Assembly (NCBI GenBank): GCA_965205975.1
Contig: OZ242195.1
Span: 3,616,001 to 3,680,000, forward strand
Source of the DNA: Candidatus Latescibacterota bacterium
GTDB taxonomy: Bacteria; Latescibacterota; UBA2968
Reading direction: 5' to 3'
DNA: 64,000 nt
The stretch's first letter is position 1; every line of letters begins with the position of its first letter. A program made the translations under genes and the position numbers. Below the pieces are notes generated by a model. The model had not been told where the DNA came from. It worked only from the letters and a program-made list of their open reading frames with translations, and made no database searches. Positions 18,957 to 29,742 of this stretch are shown here, piece by piece.

Positions 18957-21863
18957 TCACGAAGAAAAAGAAATATTATTCTCCGTATGCCGGCAAGAAA
19001 TATCATCATCCCCGCGAAAATTCCTACACCCCCAGAAAGCCCCATAGCGCCCCTTGCGCTGAACCATATCCGCGCCACATTTTGGACAAACAGGCATCCA
19101 CGAATCACAATCGGGATCCAGACATATTTTAAATCGCCCAACGCGCTGCATCGGATTGCCACACGCTTGACATCCGCTCTCAGTATGATTGCACAACGGA
19201 TAATTGCTACAACCGTAAAACGACTTACCCTGCACAGCAACAAGCGTACCCGTCTTGCACTTCACACAGCGAATACGCTCAAAAGACGCCTGCGTCAAAC
19301 TGGTCTCAAAATCATCCAGCGCCAACGGATATTTATTCTTCAACAACTCGACCAAAAACTCAGAAGCATTCGTCATATCGCCAATCAAATACACACGCTG
19401 TTTCGCGCGGGTCAGCGCGACATAAAACAAACGGCGCTCCTCCGAATATAGAAAAGGATCTAACGCAGGCAATAACGCTTCCAGCAAAGAATGAGAAGTC
19501 TTCTGAGAAGGAAAACCGTACTGACCGCGTTCAAGCCCTAACACCACCACATAATCCGCTTCCAAACCCTTCGCACCGTGAACCGTATTGCACGCAATAG
19601 ACAAAGTGGAAAACCGCTTCCTCAACATCATCATCTGCGTGTCATTGGGCAAGTTAAAACGAAACCTGCCCAACAAATAAACCGAACTCCCTTCTTCTGC
19701 CCGCTCGGCGACATGTGCCAGCACACGATCCAGCCGCTCATCAAGATCCTCCTCTGAACCGCGACGCCTCTTCTCGCGCAACAGCGAAACCGCAGAACCA
19801 TTGACCATCGCGTGCGTAGTCAACGACTTCTTAACCTGCGCCGGATTCTCAAGCACAAACCGGGAAGCCACATCGCAAATACTATTATTAAACCGAAACG
19901 TCTTATCCAGAACCGTAATTTTAGTAGCCCCAAATCTCGCCTCAAAATCCGTAGTAAACCGAATATCGCTACCCGTAAAGCGATAAATCGACTGCCAATC
20001 ATCCCCCACGCAAAACAGAGAACACGCATCAACAGACTCTCTCAGCACCCTGACCAGCCGCGCACGCGGCTCGGAAATATCCTGAAACTCATCCACCAGA
20101 ATATATCGCCAGGGCGAAACAAAGCGACCACTTTGCACATACGCGATTGCCTTGCCAATCATATCGTCAAAATCGATATGTTTATTTTTTTCCAAAAACG
20201 CATCGTATTTCTCATAAATCGGCACCACAATTTTCAAAGCCTGCTGCTGAACCAAACTCAGGTCATCGCCCTGGACAATCTCCTTCCACGGTTGATCTGG
20301 ACGAGGCAAATGGCTCTTATACCGCCTCAACAAATCCGCGAGTAACGGCGTCAAATCGCGAATCTCACCAAACTCCCTCAGCGTATCCAGCATCTCCTCA
20401 GGCGACCGCGGATTAAATTGCACCCCAGCCTCTGTTAATTTTTTATCCAAGCCCGTCAGCAAGCGACCTTCGGTATATTCGTAGTGAAAGGTCTCAATCA
20501 AGCGCGTCCCGTACTTCTCGTGAACTCCGCGCTTCCATGCCATCCCCGCGTGATACTTCTTCTTCCCCACAAAAGGTGCGGTATTGCCATCGCGGTCTAT
20601 ACCCCAGTGCTCCAGATAAATACCGCAATCCGGAAGATAAAAATCGGGTTGGTATTGCCGATAATCCTGTCCCCTCGTCTCATGCTCATAATCCGCCTCG
20701 TATTCATACGCCACACCCAGCATAAACAGATGATTGGCGATCCAGCACTCACCCAAACCCTTTACCATCTCCCCCTTCAACGTGCGAATCCCATTCGCAA
20801 AAATATATTCAAAGTATTCCCCCTGAGTTTTAAAATCAAAGGGATTGACCTCTTGATACCTGTAATAACCCAGATAATCCAGAACCCATTGTCTATAGCT
20901 GGGAATCTCAAGCAACGCCTCAAACCACTGATCCACATGCTTCTCCAGCAATGCGCCATCTGTTGCCAGAGGCGAAATCGAAGGCTGCGCCTTTTCAACC
21001 GAAGCAATAATATCCTTGCCCAGCTTGTGAAACGTACTCGCAACAACGCCTTTTTTGTCCACGCGCTCATCCAGCCGCTCCTGCATCTCTCGTGCCGCCT
21101 TATTCGCAAAAGCCAGCATGAGAACCTCATCGGGCTGTGCCTGCCCGCTCTCAACCAAAAAACCCGCGCGTCCCACCATCGCACTCGTCTTGCCAGTACC
21201 CGCACCAGCCAGCACCAGATTATTATCCTCATCTATCACACAGGCATCGCGCTGGCTCTCGCTCAGCGGATTGCTCTCCACCCCATCAAAAAAGGTCGAA
21301 AACTGGCCCTTGAGGCGACTGACATATTGAGCGCGAAAATCTTCCACCTCTTGATCACCCCAGTGTGCCACCTCCTGCACCAGCGAAAAATCAGCATGGC
21401 GATTGCGATCCAGATAGCCCACTGCTGGCACCTTGCGAAATTGATCGAGCATATCCCGCGCCATCGCCCTGATCTTCAACCAGCGAGAACGCCTCAAATA
21501 ACCCGCATTCAGCAATCTATTAATCTCCGCGGCACACCGCTTCACTTCTGACGCGAACTTTTGAGACTCCTCCAACCAATACCAATAATCCTCCAACCAG
21601 TCGAAAAACCCATCCACCTCTGCTTTACGCAACCCCTTCAACCGTTCCTCTCCGCGATCCGTCGGCAACACCAGCTCAAAAAACAGCCTCCCCTGGTGTA
21701 ATACATCTTCTCGCGTCAAATCTTCAGAGCATACGGCAAAGCGTTCACCCCTGGCCCTCTCCAAAATCAGACCATCAGATGAAATTAAAATCGTTGCCGT
21801 CCTCGCGCCCAAAAGACGCATCATCCAATGCGGAGTAATACTTTTGTTTTTAAGTGTATTCAT
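18957..21863 (-). CDS. helD: UvrD-family DNA helicase IV-like protein with inserted nuclease-like domain and C-terminal zinc ribbons
   Basis: AGAGTGKT, DEFQD, VGDDWQSIYRF, EERRLFYVALTRAK; internal YQPDFYL..IYLEH; C-terminal CxxC topoisomerase-type ribbons. Confidence 0.8.
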   Translation of the reverse strand: MNTLKNKSITPHWMMRLLGARTATILISSDGLILERARGERFAVCSEDLTREDVLHQGRLFFELVLPTDRGEERLKGLRKAEVDGFFDWLEDYWYWLEESQKFASEVKRCAAEINRLLNAGYLRRSRWLKIRAMARDMLDQFRKVPAVGYLDRNRHADFSLVQEVAHWGDQEVEDFRAQYVSRLKGQFSTFFDGVESNPLSESQRDACVIDEDNNLVLAGAGTGKTSAMVGRAGFLVESGQAQPDEVLMLAFANKAAREMQERLDERVDKKGVVASTFHKLGKDIIASVEKAQPSISPLATDGALLEKHVDQWFEALLEIPSYRQWVLDYLGYYRYQEVNPFDFKTQGEYFEYIFANGIRTLKGEMVKGLGECWIANHLFMLGVAYEYEADYEHETRGQDYRQYQPDFYLPDCGIYLEHWGIDRDGNTAPFVGKKKYHAGMAWKRGVHEKYGTRLIETFHYEYTEGRLLTGLDKKLTEAGVQFNPRSPEEMLDTLREFGEIRDLTPLLADLLRRYKSHLPRPDQPWKEIVQGDDLSLVQQQALKIVVPIYEKYDAFLEKNKHIDFDDMIGKAIAYVQSGRFVSPWRYILVDEFQDISEPRARLVRVLRESVDACSLFCVGDDWQSIYRFTGSDIRFTTDFEARFGATKITVLDKTFRFNNSICDVASRFVLENPAQVKKSLTTHAMVNGSAVSLLREKRRRGSEEDLDERLDRVLAHVAERAEEGSSVYLLGRFRFNLPNDTQMMMLRKRFSTLSIACNTVHGAKGLEADYVVVLGLERGQYGFPSQKTSHSLLEALLPALDPFLYSEERRLFYVALTRAKQRVYLIGDMTNASEFLVELLKNKYPLALDDFETSLTQASFERIRCVKCKTGTLVAVQGKSFYGCSNYPLCNHTESGCQACGNPMQRVGRFKICLDPDCDSWMPVCPKCGADMVQRKGRYGAFWGCRNFRGDDDISCRHTENNISFSS

Positions 21864-21875
21864 TCATCAATTCTC

Positions 21876-21910
21876 AAAAAAGAAAAGCCCCCTTGCTCAG
21901 GAGACTTTTC
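21876..21910 (-). terminator. Intrinsic terminator downstream of clpP
   Basis: Minus strand GAAAAGTCTCCT...AGGGGGCTTTTC stem followed by a T run. Confidence 0.55.
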
Positions 21911-21944
21911 AAAAATAAATTAACTCTACAACGACATAAACCTT

Positions 21945-22005
21945 CTGGATCGCGGCTCAACATCATAGCCTGCCCCTGCATGCTTTAAGCAGGGGCCGCG
22001 ATGAC
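21945..22005. repeat. CTGGATCGCGGC...CCGCGATGAC repeat, copy 2 (with nested insert)
   Basis: Insert GCCTGCCCCTGCATGCTTTAAGCAGGGG at 21968-21995; followed by CACTTCA-like heptamers. Confidence 0.85.
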
Positions 22006-22046
22006 GGCTGATGGTCCTTCTCACTTCATACTTTTCACTTCACACT

Positions 22047-22658
22047 TCAATCACCTATCTCATCAAACCCATTCACAACCCGACTGATCAACCCGTATTC
22101 CACAGCCTCATCGGGACTCATCCAATAGTCTCGATCCGTATCTTCCTCAATCTTTTCAAGTGGCTGACCGGTCTCATCGGCATACATCTCGTTAATCTTC
22201 TTCTTAATCTTCACGACCTCCTCAGCCGTGCGCCGCACATCTTCAGCCACCCCTTGAAACCGCATTGAGGGCTGATGAATCATAATGCGCGAATTTGGCA
22301 AAGCCAGCCGATCTTCCTTATCTGCCGCCAGCATAATCACCGTAGCCGCACTCGCCGACAAGCCCGCGCTGATCATCTTAACTCTGGGTCGGATAAACCG
22401 AATCATATCGTAAATCGCAAACCCATCGTACACACTACCACCGGGCGAATTGATAAAAATTTTAATCGGTTCTTCCGAATCTTCATGATCCAAAAACAGC
22501 AACTGCGCCGTCACCTTAGCCGTCAATTTGTGATCCACGGGATCGGAAATCAAAATCGTACGCGCATCTATCAATCCCTTGTTCAAAATACCATTTCTCG
22601 ATGCGCCGCCTTCCTCTTTATCCTCATCCTCGAGGATCACATCGTCCTCAAAAATCAT
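22047..22658 (-). CDS. clpP: ATP-dependent Clp protease proteolytic subunit
   Basis: FINSPGG, SASA (Ser), MIHQP (His), TDRD (Asp); ATG 22658 after GGAGG. Confidence 0.93.
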   Translation of the reverse strand: MIFEDDVILEDEDKEEGGASRNGILNKGLIDARTILISDPVDHKLTAKVTAQLLFLDHEDSEEPIKIFINSPGGSVYDGFAIYDMIRFIRPRVKMISAGLSASAATVIMLAADKEDRLALPNSRIMIHQPSMRFQGVAEDVRRTAEEVVKIKKKINEMYADETGQPLEKIEEDTDRDYWMSPDEAVEYGLISRVVNGFDEIGD

Positions 22659-22677
22659 CCAATCCTCCAAAAAATAA

Positions 22678-22828
22678 ACTGATGTTACGCATCTGCACAA
22701 TATAATGGACCTGTCATTTTGAGCGGAGCGGAGTCGAAAAATCTACGACCAACGTAGGTGGAACAGATGCTTCGGCTCCGTTCCACTCCGCTCAGCATGA
22801 CAAACACCCAGACCTGCGTAACGTCAGT
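22678..22828. mobile_element. MITE-like element with 14-bp terminal inverted repeats
   Basis: ACTGATGTTACGCA ... TGCGTAACGTCAGT (13/14), flanked on both sides by AATAA; internal TGTCAT...ATGACA palindrome at 22712-22802. Confidence 0.65.
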
Positions 22829-22864
22829 AATAAAAATCAAAAAACCCGTTATGTCCAATGGCTC

Positions 22865-22893
22865 AATTTATCCTATATCCCCATTTGAGTCAA
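22865..22893 (-). promoter_or_regulatory. Sigma70-type promoter for clpP
   Basis: Minus strand TTGACT-17 bp-TAAATT. Confidence 0.5.
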
Positions 22894-22904
22894 GAGCCTT
22901 GCTA

Positions 22905-25900
22905 TTAATTTTTTGTCTCCAAACGCCTATCCGCCCTCACCAACTTTACCTCCACGCTCTTGCCGTCCTGACACGTAAAAGCCACCACCGTCTGATCCGA
23001 CTGAACCCTTGCGTCCACCAGATCATACGCACCATCCAAACGCCATTTTCCACGCACTGTCACCTCTACCTTCCGCGGCATACTCGCCTGATAGACAATT
23101 AGCGAACCGTCCTGCCGGTGCGGCGTCTGAATCTCCCAACGCCACCCAAAATCCGGATCAGCCACCGAAACCAATAATCCGTCGCCCACTTCGCGGGTCA
23201 TAACCAAACTCGGCAAAGACACAGACACAATAGCTCCATCTGTCGGCCTCGCATCCTTATCGAACAGCGCGTAACCCGTCGTCTTCATCCCCCTATGATG
23301 CACAATATGAGCCTTGTGATCTCGCTGCCACACATCGTATTCCGGTGAACGCGCAAACGCACTCACCCTATCCGGCGACCCCTGAACCAGCACGGCATAG
23401 TGATATGACGCACCCTGAGGCATAGGACCGTGATCCAAATACGCCAACTCAAAAATTCCTGTACCACCGCTATCTCTGCCATAATTTTTAGAAACTTGCA
23501 CCCCACGCTGCACCCGCAAATCGCCCCCATCTGGAACCACATACCCATTGCCCAATGAATCCATCACCCATGCCCTCTGCCCCGTCGTCCCCGAAAACGC
23601 ATAAGGAATCGCACCCACACGCTCCCCATTCACCCCCGTAGGACGGTCCTCAGAGATAGCCGCCTGAAACAGTGGCGTCACCGTCGCATGCCCCCCATCA
23701 TCATTCTCAATACCAGACCCCAGACAAACTATCACATCGTCAAAACAGAACACCGTCTTAACCGCACGAAAACTCGTATTGAATCTCGTATCGTGCAACT
23801 TCAGCGCGAACACGCCATCTTGCCCTTTCAGATTCACCCCACCCACAAAAGTCTCATCCGAAAAATTGCGATCGCGTCCCTCGTGTTTGAGTTGCTCATG
23901 GCTCAGGCGAATCACCGTCGTACCGGGCCACATACTCCAATCCCATCCATCTCGAACAATCCCACTCGCCTCGCGACCAACCGGATTGCCACTCGCGTAA
24001 ATCAGCATCGTCCCATAGCTCAAATAACGACCGAGCGGATTATTCCTCCCCGACGACTCGTAATCCCACACATATTTACCCCAGCCCTTCATACTCACCA
24101 TCCAGTCCCCACGCCGATGGATAGACAACGCACCATAAGGCAGAGTCCAGTGCCCCGAAGGTGGAGTAGCAGATGCATATCCCGCACTTGCAAAATCCGC
24201 CATCATCTGCATCGCACCCGGCGTGTGCAAATACATCAGCCGCACGGACACCCGCTGGAACAAATCTTCTATAAGCAACTGCGACTTCGGCTTCCAAAGC
24301 TGCATAAACGCGCCCGACAATTCCGCATCCACCGAAGGATAACTCAAAGCCACATACATATACGCCGGCAAAAGTTTGGTAGCCACCGCAGTATTCCGCG
24401 GAAAACGACCATTAACAGCCATTGAGATATCGTACGTATTCGCCATAATCCTGGACGTCAACAGCGCCTGCTTCAAATTATCGCGCTTATCATCTGCAAC
24501 CGCAAAAGGCGTATTGTGCAACAAATACACCAGAATTGAAGCCACATGAAAAGCATTTGGCGCATACCCACTCGCGTAAATCCCCCGATGGTGAAAACCC
24601 ACAAAATCCGGCTTAATCGTATCCAGCCACCCCGGCGCAATGTCCAGCGCATTATTGAGCCACGCGATATAGCAACGCATATTCGCCACCTTCTCAGGCG
24701 AATCATCCATCATCAAAATGCACAACAACCGATACATCGCCACCGAACGTATAAAATCTGCATTCGCGCCAGGCACCTGCGGATCCTCATACAACTCGCC
24801 AAACATGCTGAACCATTTCAGCGTCGCCAATTCCCGATCCAGTAACCCTTTGCTCTGCAAAACATCCCGCATCAAATACACCGCATGAGCATAGCCAGCA
24901 ACCCGCAAAAACTCGTGATGCATCGCGCCAACACCACTGCCGTCTGCCCAACCCTGATCGTGCAAATAATCGAACACATCCAGTGTCCGATCTCGGGCCT
25001 CCTCATTGCCATTCAACCGATAATCCAGCACCAGACGCAACAAAACACCCTGAAAAACACTCTGAAAAAGGGGTTCATAGGGCGACAACTCGGCAAACAG
25101 AGGCTTCCCCAAAATGCGATCACCCTCGCGTCGAATCTCGTAATCCGCCAGACTGCGATACCCGCGCCTTATGTAGGCTTCAAGCTCATTGAGCCTAATT
25201 TTCACAGGCCCCCGCTGGTCATCCTTCACCCCATCGCCCAGAACCCATACCTCATATCGCCGGGCAATCTTATCAAAAGCCTGTCTCTCATCATCGGTAA
25301 TCTCCGCAGGAAGTGGACCCGGCAACCTGTTTTGACGCCATCGATATTCACGGCTCCTATCAGCCCTCCTCGCATTGACAAAGGGAACCTGTGCATCTGG
25401 AGACCGCCTGGGGTGAATCCTCTCCACCAACTCCACCAGATCCAGATAAACAGCCCCGCTATTCGGTGCCCTGATTTCAAACGCCGTCACCCGTCCACTT
25501 CTCGCCCCCTCATAAGACCTGTTCCGCGCATCATCCCGTAAATGGATCCACATCGCCCGCCAGCCCGTAAAATTCAAGCCAAACTCAAACTGATAACGCG
25601 GATTATTTGCCCCCAACTCAGACTCTGTCCCAAACCCAAACGTCAGCACCTCATTGAGCGCCTCCTCATTGTACACCCACGCCCGAAACCCGGTCAGTGC
25701 CTTATTGCGTCCCGGCACGGGATCCGTGAACAAAAGCCGACTATTACTCTGCCATGCCCACTTCAGAGATTGCGCTCCCCCCTTATAACGCCTCGTCGAA
25801 AGCGACACCTCACTACCCGCATCTGCCCGATAGTATCCAGACCTCTCCTCAAAATCATAGCACCAGGGCATATCCTGCGCCATCGCCGCACTGGCCAGGC

Positions 25901-25943
25901 CAAGAGCGAAAATAACAATACAGCATTGCAAGTTCATACTCAT
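22905..25943 (-). CDS. Polysaccharide lyase family 8, chondroitin ABC lyase-like
   Basis: Signal peptide; N-terminal Y.GGAQSLKW and LNFTGWR; KPD..GFHH.G.Y...Y catalytic region; GWDWS.WPGTT; LGS.I. Confidence 0.85.
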   Translation of the reverse strand: MSMNLQCCIVIFALGLASAAMAQDMPWCYDFEERSGYYRADAGSEVSLSTRRYKGGAQSLKWAWQSNSRLLFTDPVPGRNKALTGFRAWVYNEEALNEVLTFGFGTESELGANNPRYQFEFGLNFTGWRAMWIHLRDDARNRSYEGARSGRVTAFEIRAPNSGAVYLDLVELVERIHPRRSPDAQVPFVNARRADRSREYRWRQNRLPGPLPAEITDDERQAFDKIARRYEVWVLGDGVKDDQRGPVKIRLNELEAYIRRGYRSLADYEIRREGDRILGKPLFAELSPYEPLFQSVFQGVLLRLVLDYRLNGNEEARDRTLDVFDYLHDQGWADGSGVGAMHHEFLRVAGYAHAVYLMRDVLQSKGLLDRELATLKWFSMFGELYEDPQVPGANADFIRSVAMYRLLCILMMDDSPEKVANMRCYIAWLNNALDIAPGWLDTIKPDFVGFHHRGIYASGYAPNAFHVASILVYLLHNTPFAVADDKRDNLKQALLTSRIMANTYDISMAVNGRFPRNTAVATKLLPAYMYVALSYPSVDAELSGAFMQLWKPKSQLLIEDLFQRVSVRLMYLHTPGAMQMMADFASAGYASATPPSGHWTLPYGALSIHRRGDWMVSMKGWGKYVWDYESSGRNNPLGRYLSYGTMLIYASGNPVGREASGIVRDGWDWSMWPGTTVIRLSHEQLKHEGRDRNFSDETFVGGVNLKGQDGVFALKLHDTRFNTSFRAVKTVFCFDDVIVCLGSGIENDDGGHATVTPLFQAAISEDRPTGVNGERVGAIPYAFSGTTGQRAWVMDSLGNGYVVPDGGDLRVQRGVQVSKNYGRDSGGTGIFELAYLDHGPMPQGASYHYAVLVQGSPDRVSAFARSPEYDVWQRDHKAHIVHHRGMKTTGYALFDKDARPTDGAIVSVSLPSLVMTREVGDGLLVSVADPDFGWRWEIQTPHRQDGSLIVYQASMPRKVEVTVRGKWRLDGAYDLVDARVQSDQTVVAFTCQDGKSVEVKLVRADRRLETKN

Positions 25944-25963
25944 ACCTCTAATACTATTTGAGA

Positions 25964-26017
25964 CTGGATCGCGGCTAAAGCATGTCCCGTAGTGATTCTA
26001 TACGGGGCCGCGATGAC
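25964..26017. repeat. CTGGATCGCGGC...CCGCGATGAC repeat, copy 3 (variant insert)
   Basis: Insert GTCCCGTAGTGATTCTATACGGGG at 25984-26007. Confidence 0.85.
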
Positions 26018-26034
26018 AACCAAAACCTTCTGAA

Positions 26035-27300
26035 TTACTGGCCTAATACCGGTGCATCCTCTGGCCTGGGAATATTCACGAACCAGGCAAAAACGGCAAC
26101 TATCAACACCGCTGGCGCCAGCGCGTAAAACGCGGGTGCATAAGACCCCGCAGAACTAAAAATAGACTCAATAAACCACGGACCTGTTGCAGAAGCCAAA
26201 ACCGCAAACACCTGTGCCGCCCCCTGAATCTTACCCAGATGAAGACGGCCAAAAATATCTGCCCACGCCGTAAAAAAAATCACCGAAACCACACCACCTG
26301 AAAACCCCAACAACCCCGCATGTGTCAGCGCTTGCCCCGGTGTTTTAAGCTGCGGAAACAAAAGCAAATAAAGACCAACCGCCAGCATCGCAATCGTCAT
26401 CAGCCTGCCCAAAGACCATCGGCGCGCCGCCCATCCCGCTGTAAAATTCCCCAACAACCCCGTCGCCATCAACACCGCCATCGCGTATTGAAACACCGTC
26501 TCATCAAACCCCAACTCCCCCAATATAGACTGATTGAACAGCATCACCCCCGCAATAACCAGATTGTAGAGCGCACTTCCCACAGCAAAAACATAAAAAG
26601 CCGGCGTCATCAACGCCTGTACGAGCGTAAATCCAACCACCGGCTCATCCGACTCATCATCTTTCACAACCTCGGTATCCAGCCCAATCGCCTCCGGGTC
26701 TCGACGAACAAATAGCAGACACAAACCGGCCAAAACCATCAGAATCCACCCCAGCCCCGACCACATAACCCGCCAACCCTGCTTGAGCACAACATCGCCA
26801 GCAACAACAATCGCAATCGCAAAACCCAGACTCATAAGCACGGCAAAAATACCCATCGCAACGCTCAACCGCCGCACAAACCACTTGCCAACCATCGTCA
26901 AACTCACCACAGACAGCGCGCTCTGCCCCACGCCCCGCATCAAAACCAACAACAAAAGCAAAAAACCAGCACCTGTCATCTGGCTAAAACCCAAAACCAC
27001 CAGACTCAGAACAAATAGCACCGCCGTCACAACAGCGCGCACCCCAAAGCGATCAATCGTTACCCCGCAGACCAAATTGAACAACGCCCCAAAAATCGTC
27101 GCCCAAAAATTCTTCTCGGCAAAATCGAGCCGGGAAATCCCCAGATCCGCGATCAAAGGCTCTGTAATCAAACCAATACCAACACTTCTGCCCGGTAGCG
27201 TAGCCACCATCGCAACCGCCGCAAAAATCAGAACCACCCAACCGTAATAAAACGGAGCGCGTGCGGGCAGCCCATTGCCAAAAATATTTTTCGAACTCAT
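26035..27300 (-). CDS. MFS transporter
   Basis: FYYGW, DRFGVR, WF..R...A, FGR.HLG.I.G; about 12 hydrophobic segments. Confidence 0.88.
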   Translation of the reverse strand: MSSKNIFGNGLPARAPFYYGWVVLIFAAVAMVATLPGRSVGIGLITEPLIADLGISRLDFAEKNFWATIFGALFNLVCGVTIDRFGVRAVVTAVLFVLSLVVLGFSQMTGAGFLLLLLVLMRGVGQSALSVVSLTMVGKWFVRRLSVAMGIFAVLMSLGFAIAIVVAGDVVLKQGWRVMWSGLGWILMVLAGLCLLFVRRDPEAIGLDTEVVKDDESDEPVVGFTLVQALMTPAFYVFAVGSALYNLVIAGVMLFNQSILGELGFDETVFQYAMAVLMATGLLGNFTAGWAARRWSLGRLMTIAMLAVGLYLLLFPQLKTPGQALTHAGLLGFSGGVVSVIFFTAWADIFGRLHLGKIQGAAQVFAVLASATGPWFIESIFSSAGSYAPAFYALAPAVLIVAVFAWFVNIPRPEDAPVLGQ

Positions 27301-28118
27301 TCCACACACGCCTTGAGCTTTGCCAACCCCTCTTCTGCAGCCACAACAGACCCCTTTGCCCAATAACTCGGATTAAACAACTCCAGAGACAACATCCCCT
27401 CATATCCCACATTCTCAAACCCCGCCACAATCTCTGCCCATGGTGCCAACCCATCCCCCGGATAAACCCGATCCGCATCCGTTATGGTATCCCTGTCAGG
27501 CGAAGCTGGATAATCATTCACATGCACCAATCCCAACTTGCCCGGACCCAGATGTTCCAACCCGTGAAAGTGTCCACTCCCCTTGTACATATGATACACA
27601 TCCGCCAGCAGCACCGTATTGGGACGCCCGCATTCAGTCGCCACCAGCAAAGCCTCGCCCAGCGTACCCAGAGTCTGCGCAATACCCCAAAACTCCAGCA
27701 GCGGCTTCGCCTGAAACCCGGCAACCTCATCCATCAATTCCCCATAGCGACGCGCCACAGAAAACAAATCCACATCCCGGTCTCGAATCCCAAAAGGCGG
27801 AGCCGCGACATACGTACAATTGAGCGCATCCGCCATCTCAAAACAGCGACGCGCTTCCTCAAGCCCCTTTGCCCGCTCCTCATCCTCTGGCACTGACCAC
27901 TCAAAAAACGCGATCAAATTGACAATCTGAATCCCCCTATCCGCTGCCTTATCGCGTATCTCAAACAGCGACCCACCCCCTGCAACCCACGCATCAATTT
28001 CTGCCACCCACGGCTCAATCCCCTCATAACCCGCATCCGCCGCAATATCGATGGCATCGACCACAGAAACACCCTCATTGCGAATCGTGCTGGTATTCAA
28101 ACAATACGAAAAACCCAT
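27297..28118 (-). CDS. Sugar phosphate isomerase/epimerase (xylose-isomerase-like TIM barrel)
   Basis: LNTSTI, LEF, DVYH, HVND, DADR.YPGDG, SLELFN. Confidence 0.88.
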   Translation of the reverse strand: MGFSYCLNTSTIRNEGVSVVDAIDIAADAGYEGIEPWVAEIDAWVAGGGSLFEIRDKAADRGIQIVNLIAFFEWSVPEDEERAKGLEEARRCFEMADALNCTYVAAPPFGIRDRDVDLFSVARRYGELMDEVAGFQAKPLLEFWGIAQTLGTLGEALLVATECGRPNTVLLADVYHMYKGSGHFHGLEHLGPGKLGLVHVNDYPASPDRDTITDADRVYPGDGLAPWAEIVAGFENVGYEGMLSLELFNPSYWAKGSVVAAEEGLAKLKACVE

Positions 28119-28254
28119 TTTTATTCTCCTCACACAAAGACACGAAGGGATAAAAAACGACCCGTTTTACCCCGCCCGCTCCGTCTATTCATCTGCGTCT
28201 ATCTGCGTAAAACGCTCAAATTACTCGCGTTTTTTCTGCGGATACTTCTGTTTC

Positions 28255-29643
28255 CTATATACTCGGCAAAGGCGCCGTATCACCCGTCTCGTGCTGCCAC
28301 AAGCGGATTGACGCCGCCATATTGCGAACGCGATCCCGGTGCTCGGGCGCATCGAACAAATTATTCTCCTCAAAAGGATCGGTATTCAAATCGAACAACT
28401 CGCACTGATCGCCCGCACACAAATTCAACTTCCACCGATCCCCCGTCACAACACAACGCCACGGCAGCGTCGCCACCAAATTGATATCGGGAGTCCCCAA
28501 ATTGCGGTCGCCAATCCCATTCCACTCCATAAACGCCATGTGCGCCTTCAAATCGCGTTCCCCCGTCAAAGCACCTGCCACACTCTCACCCTGACACTGA
28601 TCCGGAATCGGCAACCCTGCCAGATCCAAAAGCGTCGGAACCAGATCCGCGTGACCAAACACCCCATCCACCCGCGTCTGTTCCGCACTCAACCACGGCA
28701 CATGCATCAAAAACGGAACCCGCGCCGACTCTTCGTAAAACGCCCGTTTCTCCCACATGCGGTGATCGCCCGCCATCTCGCCGTGATCACTCGTAAACAC
28801 AAAAATCGTATTCTCCATCTGACCCGTCTCATCCAGCGCCTGCACCATCTGACCAATGGCATCATCCACAATTTTCACATTGCCCAAATACTGCGCCCGC
28901 AACTTCCGCCAATTCTCATCCCGCGTCATATCTTCTGCCACAACCCGCGCATCCGTGGTATTGCGATAAAAATCTGAACGCACGCGATTAAACAGCGAGT
29001 GCCCCTCTGGATGCTTCAAAAATGTCGGCCCCACCGGAATCTCCTCGGGATCGTACAACCCGTCATAAGGTCCCCGATAAGGCGGATGCGGCTCAAACGT
29101 ACTGGCAACGAGCAGCCATGGACGCCCCGTATTCTCGCGAATAAACCGCTCCGACTCCGCGCCCACATAAGCCCCAATCTGCGCGGATGCCGGCATCTCC
29201 GCGCGTTGTTGGGGCGTAAATCTGTTGGACACATCCGGCACAAAACCCTGATCCAGCACCCACTGGTGATACCCACACCCATCCGCAATACTGCACCACT
29301 CGTCAAACCCGTGCTGACAGTTGCCATCATCTCCCAAATGCCACTTGCCCACATACCCCTTGCGGTACGTATCGGGCATCATCTCCGCGATGGACAACGT
29401 CTCCTCCCTCAGCGGAATCCCATTGACCACACACCCATGCGAATGCGGATAAAGCCCGGTAATCAGCGACCCCCGCGCCGGCGTACAAACCGCCTGCGTC
29501 ACATAGGCATTCTCAAAAACAAAACTGCGCTCAGCCAGCGCGTCATGATGCGGCGACTGAATCCACTCATTGCCATAACACGCCATCGTATCCGTGCGCT
29601 GCTGATCCGTGATAATAACTACAATATTTGGTTGACGCGACAT
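28255..29643 (-). CDS. Formylglycine-dependent sulfatase
   Basis: PNIVVIITDQ, CTPARGSLITG, GKWHLG, SDHG. Confidence 0.92.
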   Translation of the reverse strand: MSRQPNIVVIITDQQRTDTMACYGNEWIQSPHHDALAERSFVFENAYVTQAVCTPARGSLITGLYPHSHGCVVNGIPLREETLSIAEMMPDTYRKGYVGKWHLGDDGNCQHGFDEWCSIADGCGYHQWVLDQGFVPDVSNRFTPQQRAEMPASAQIGAYVGAESERFIRENTGRPWLLVASTFEPHPPYRGPYDGLYDPEEIPVGPTFLKHPEGHSLFNRVRSDFYRNTTDARVVAEDMTRDENWRKLRAQYLGNVKIVDDAIGQMVQALDETGQMENTIFVFTSDHGEMAGDHRMWEKRAFYEESARVPFLMHVPWLSAEQTRVDGVFGHADLVPTLLDLAGLPIPDQCQGESVAGALTGERDLKAHMAFMEWNGIGDRNLGTPDINLVATLPWRCVVTGDRWKLNLCAGDQCELFDLNTDPFEENNLFDAPEHRDRVRNMAASIRLWQHETGDTAPLPSI

Positions 29644-29658
29644 TGCTATCTCTCCTTT

Positions 29659-29683
29659 GTCTGAATCAGGATGGGCAGGATGA
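29659..29683. repeat. Left arm of 25-bp inverted repeat bounding an accessory cassette
   Basis: GTCTGAATCAGGATGGGCAGGATGA matches the reverse complement of 35846-35870 at 23/25 positions. Confidence 0.8.
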
Positions 29684-29742
29684 AAGGATAAACAGGATAC
29701 CCCCCGACACACCCACCAAACCTGCTAAAACCATCCTGCAAA

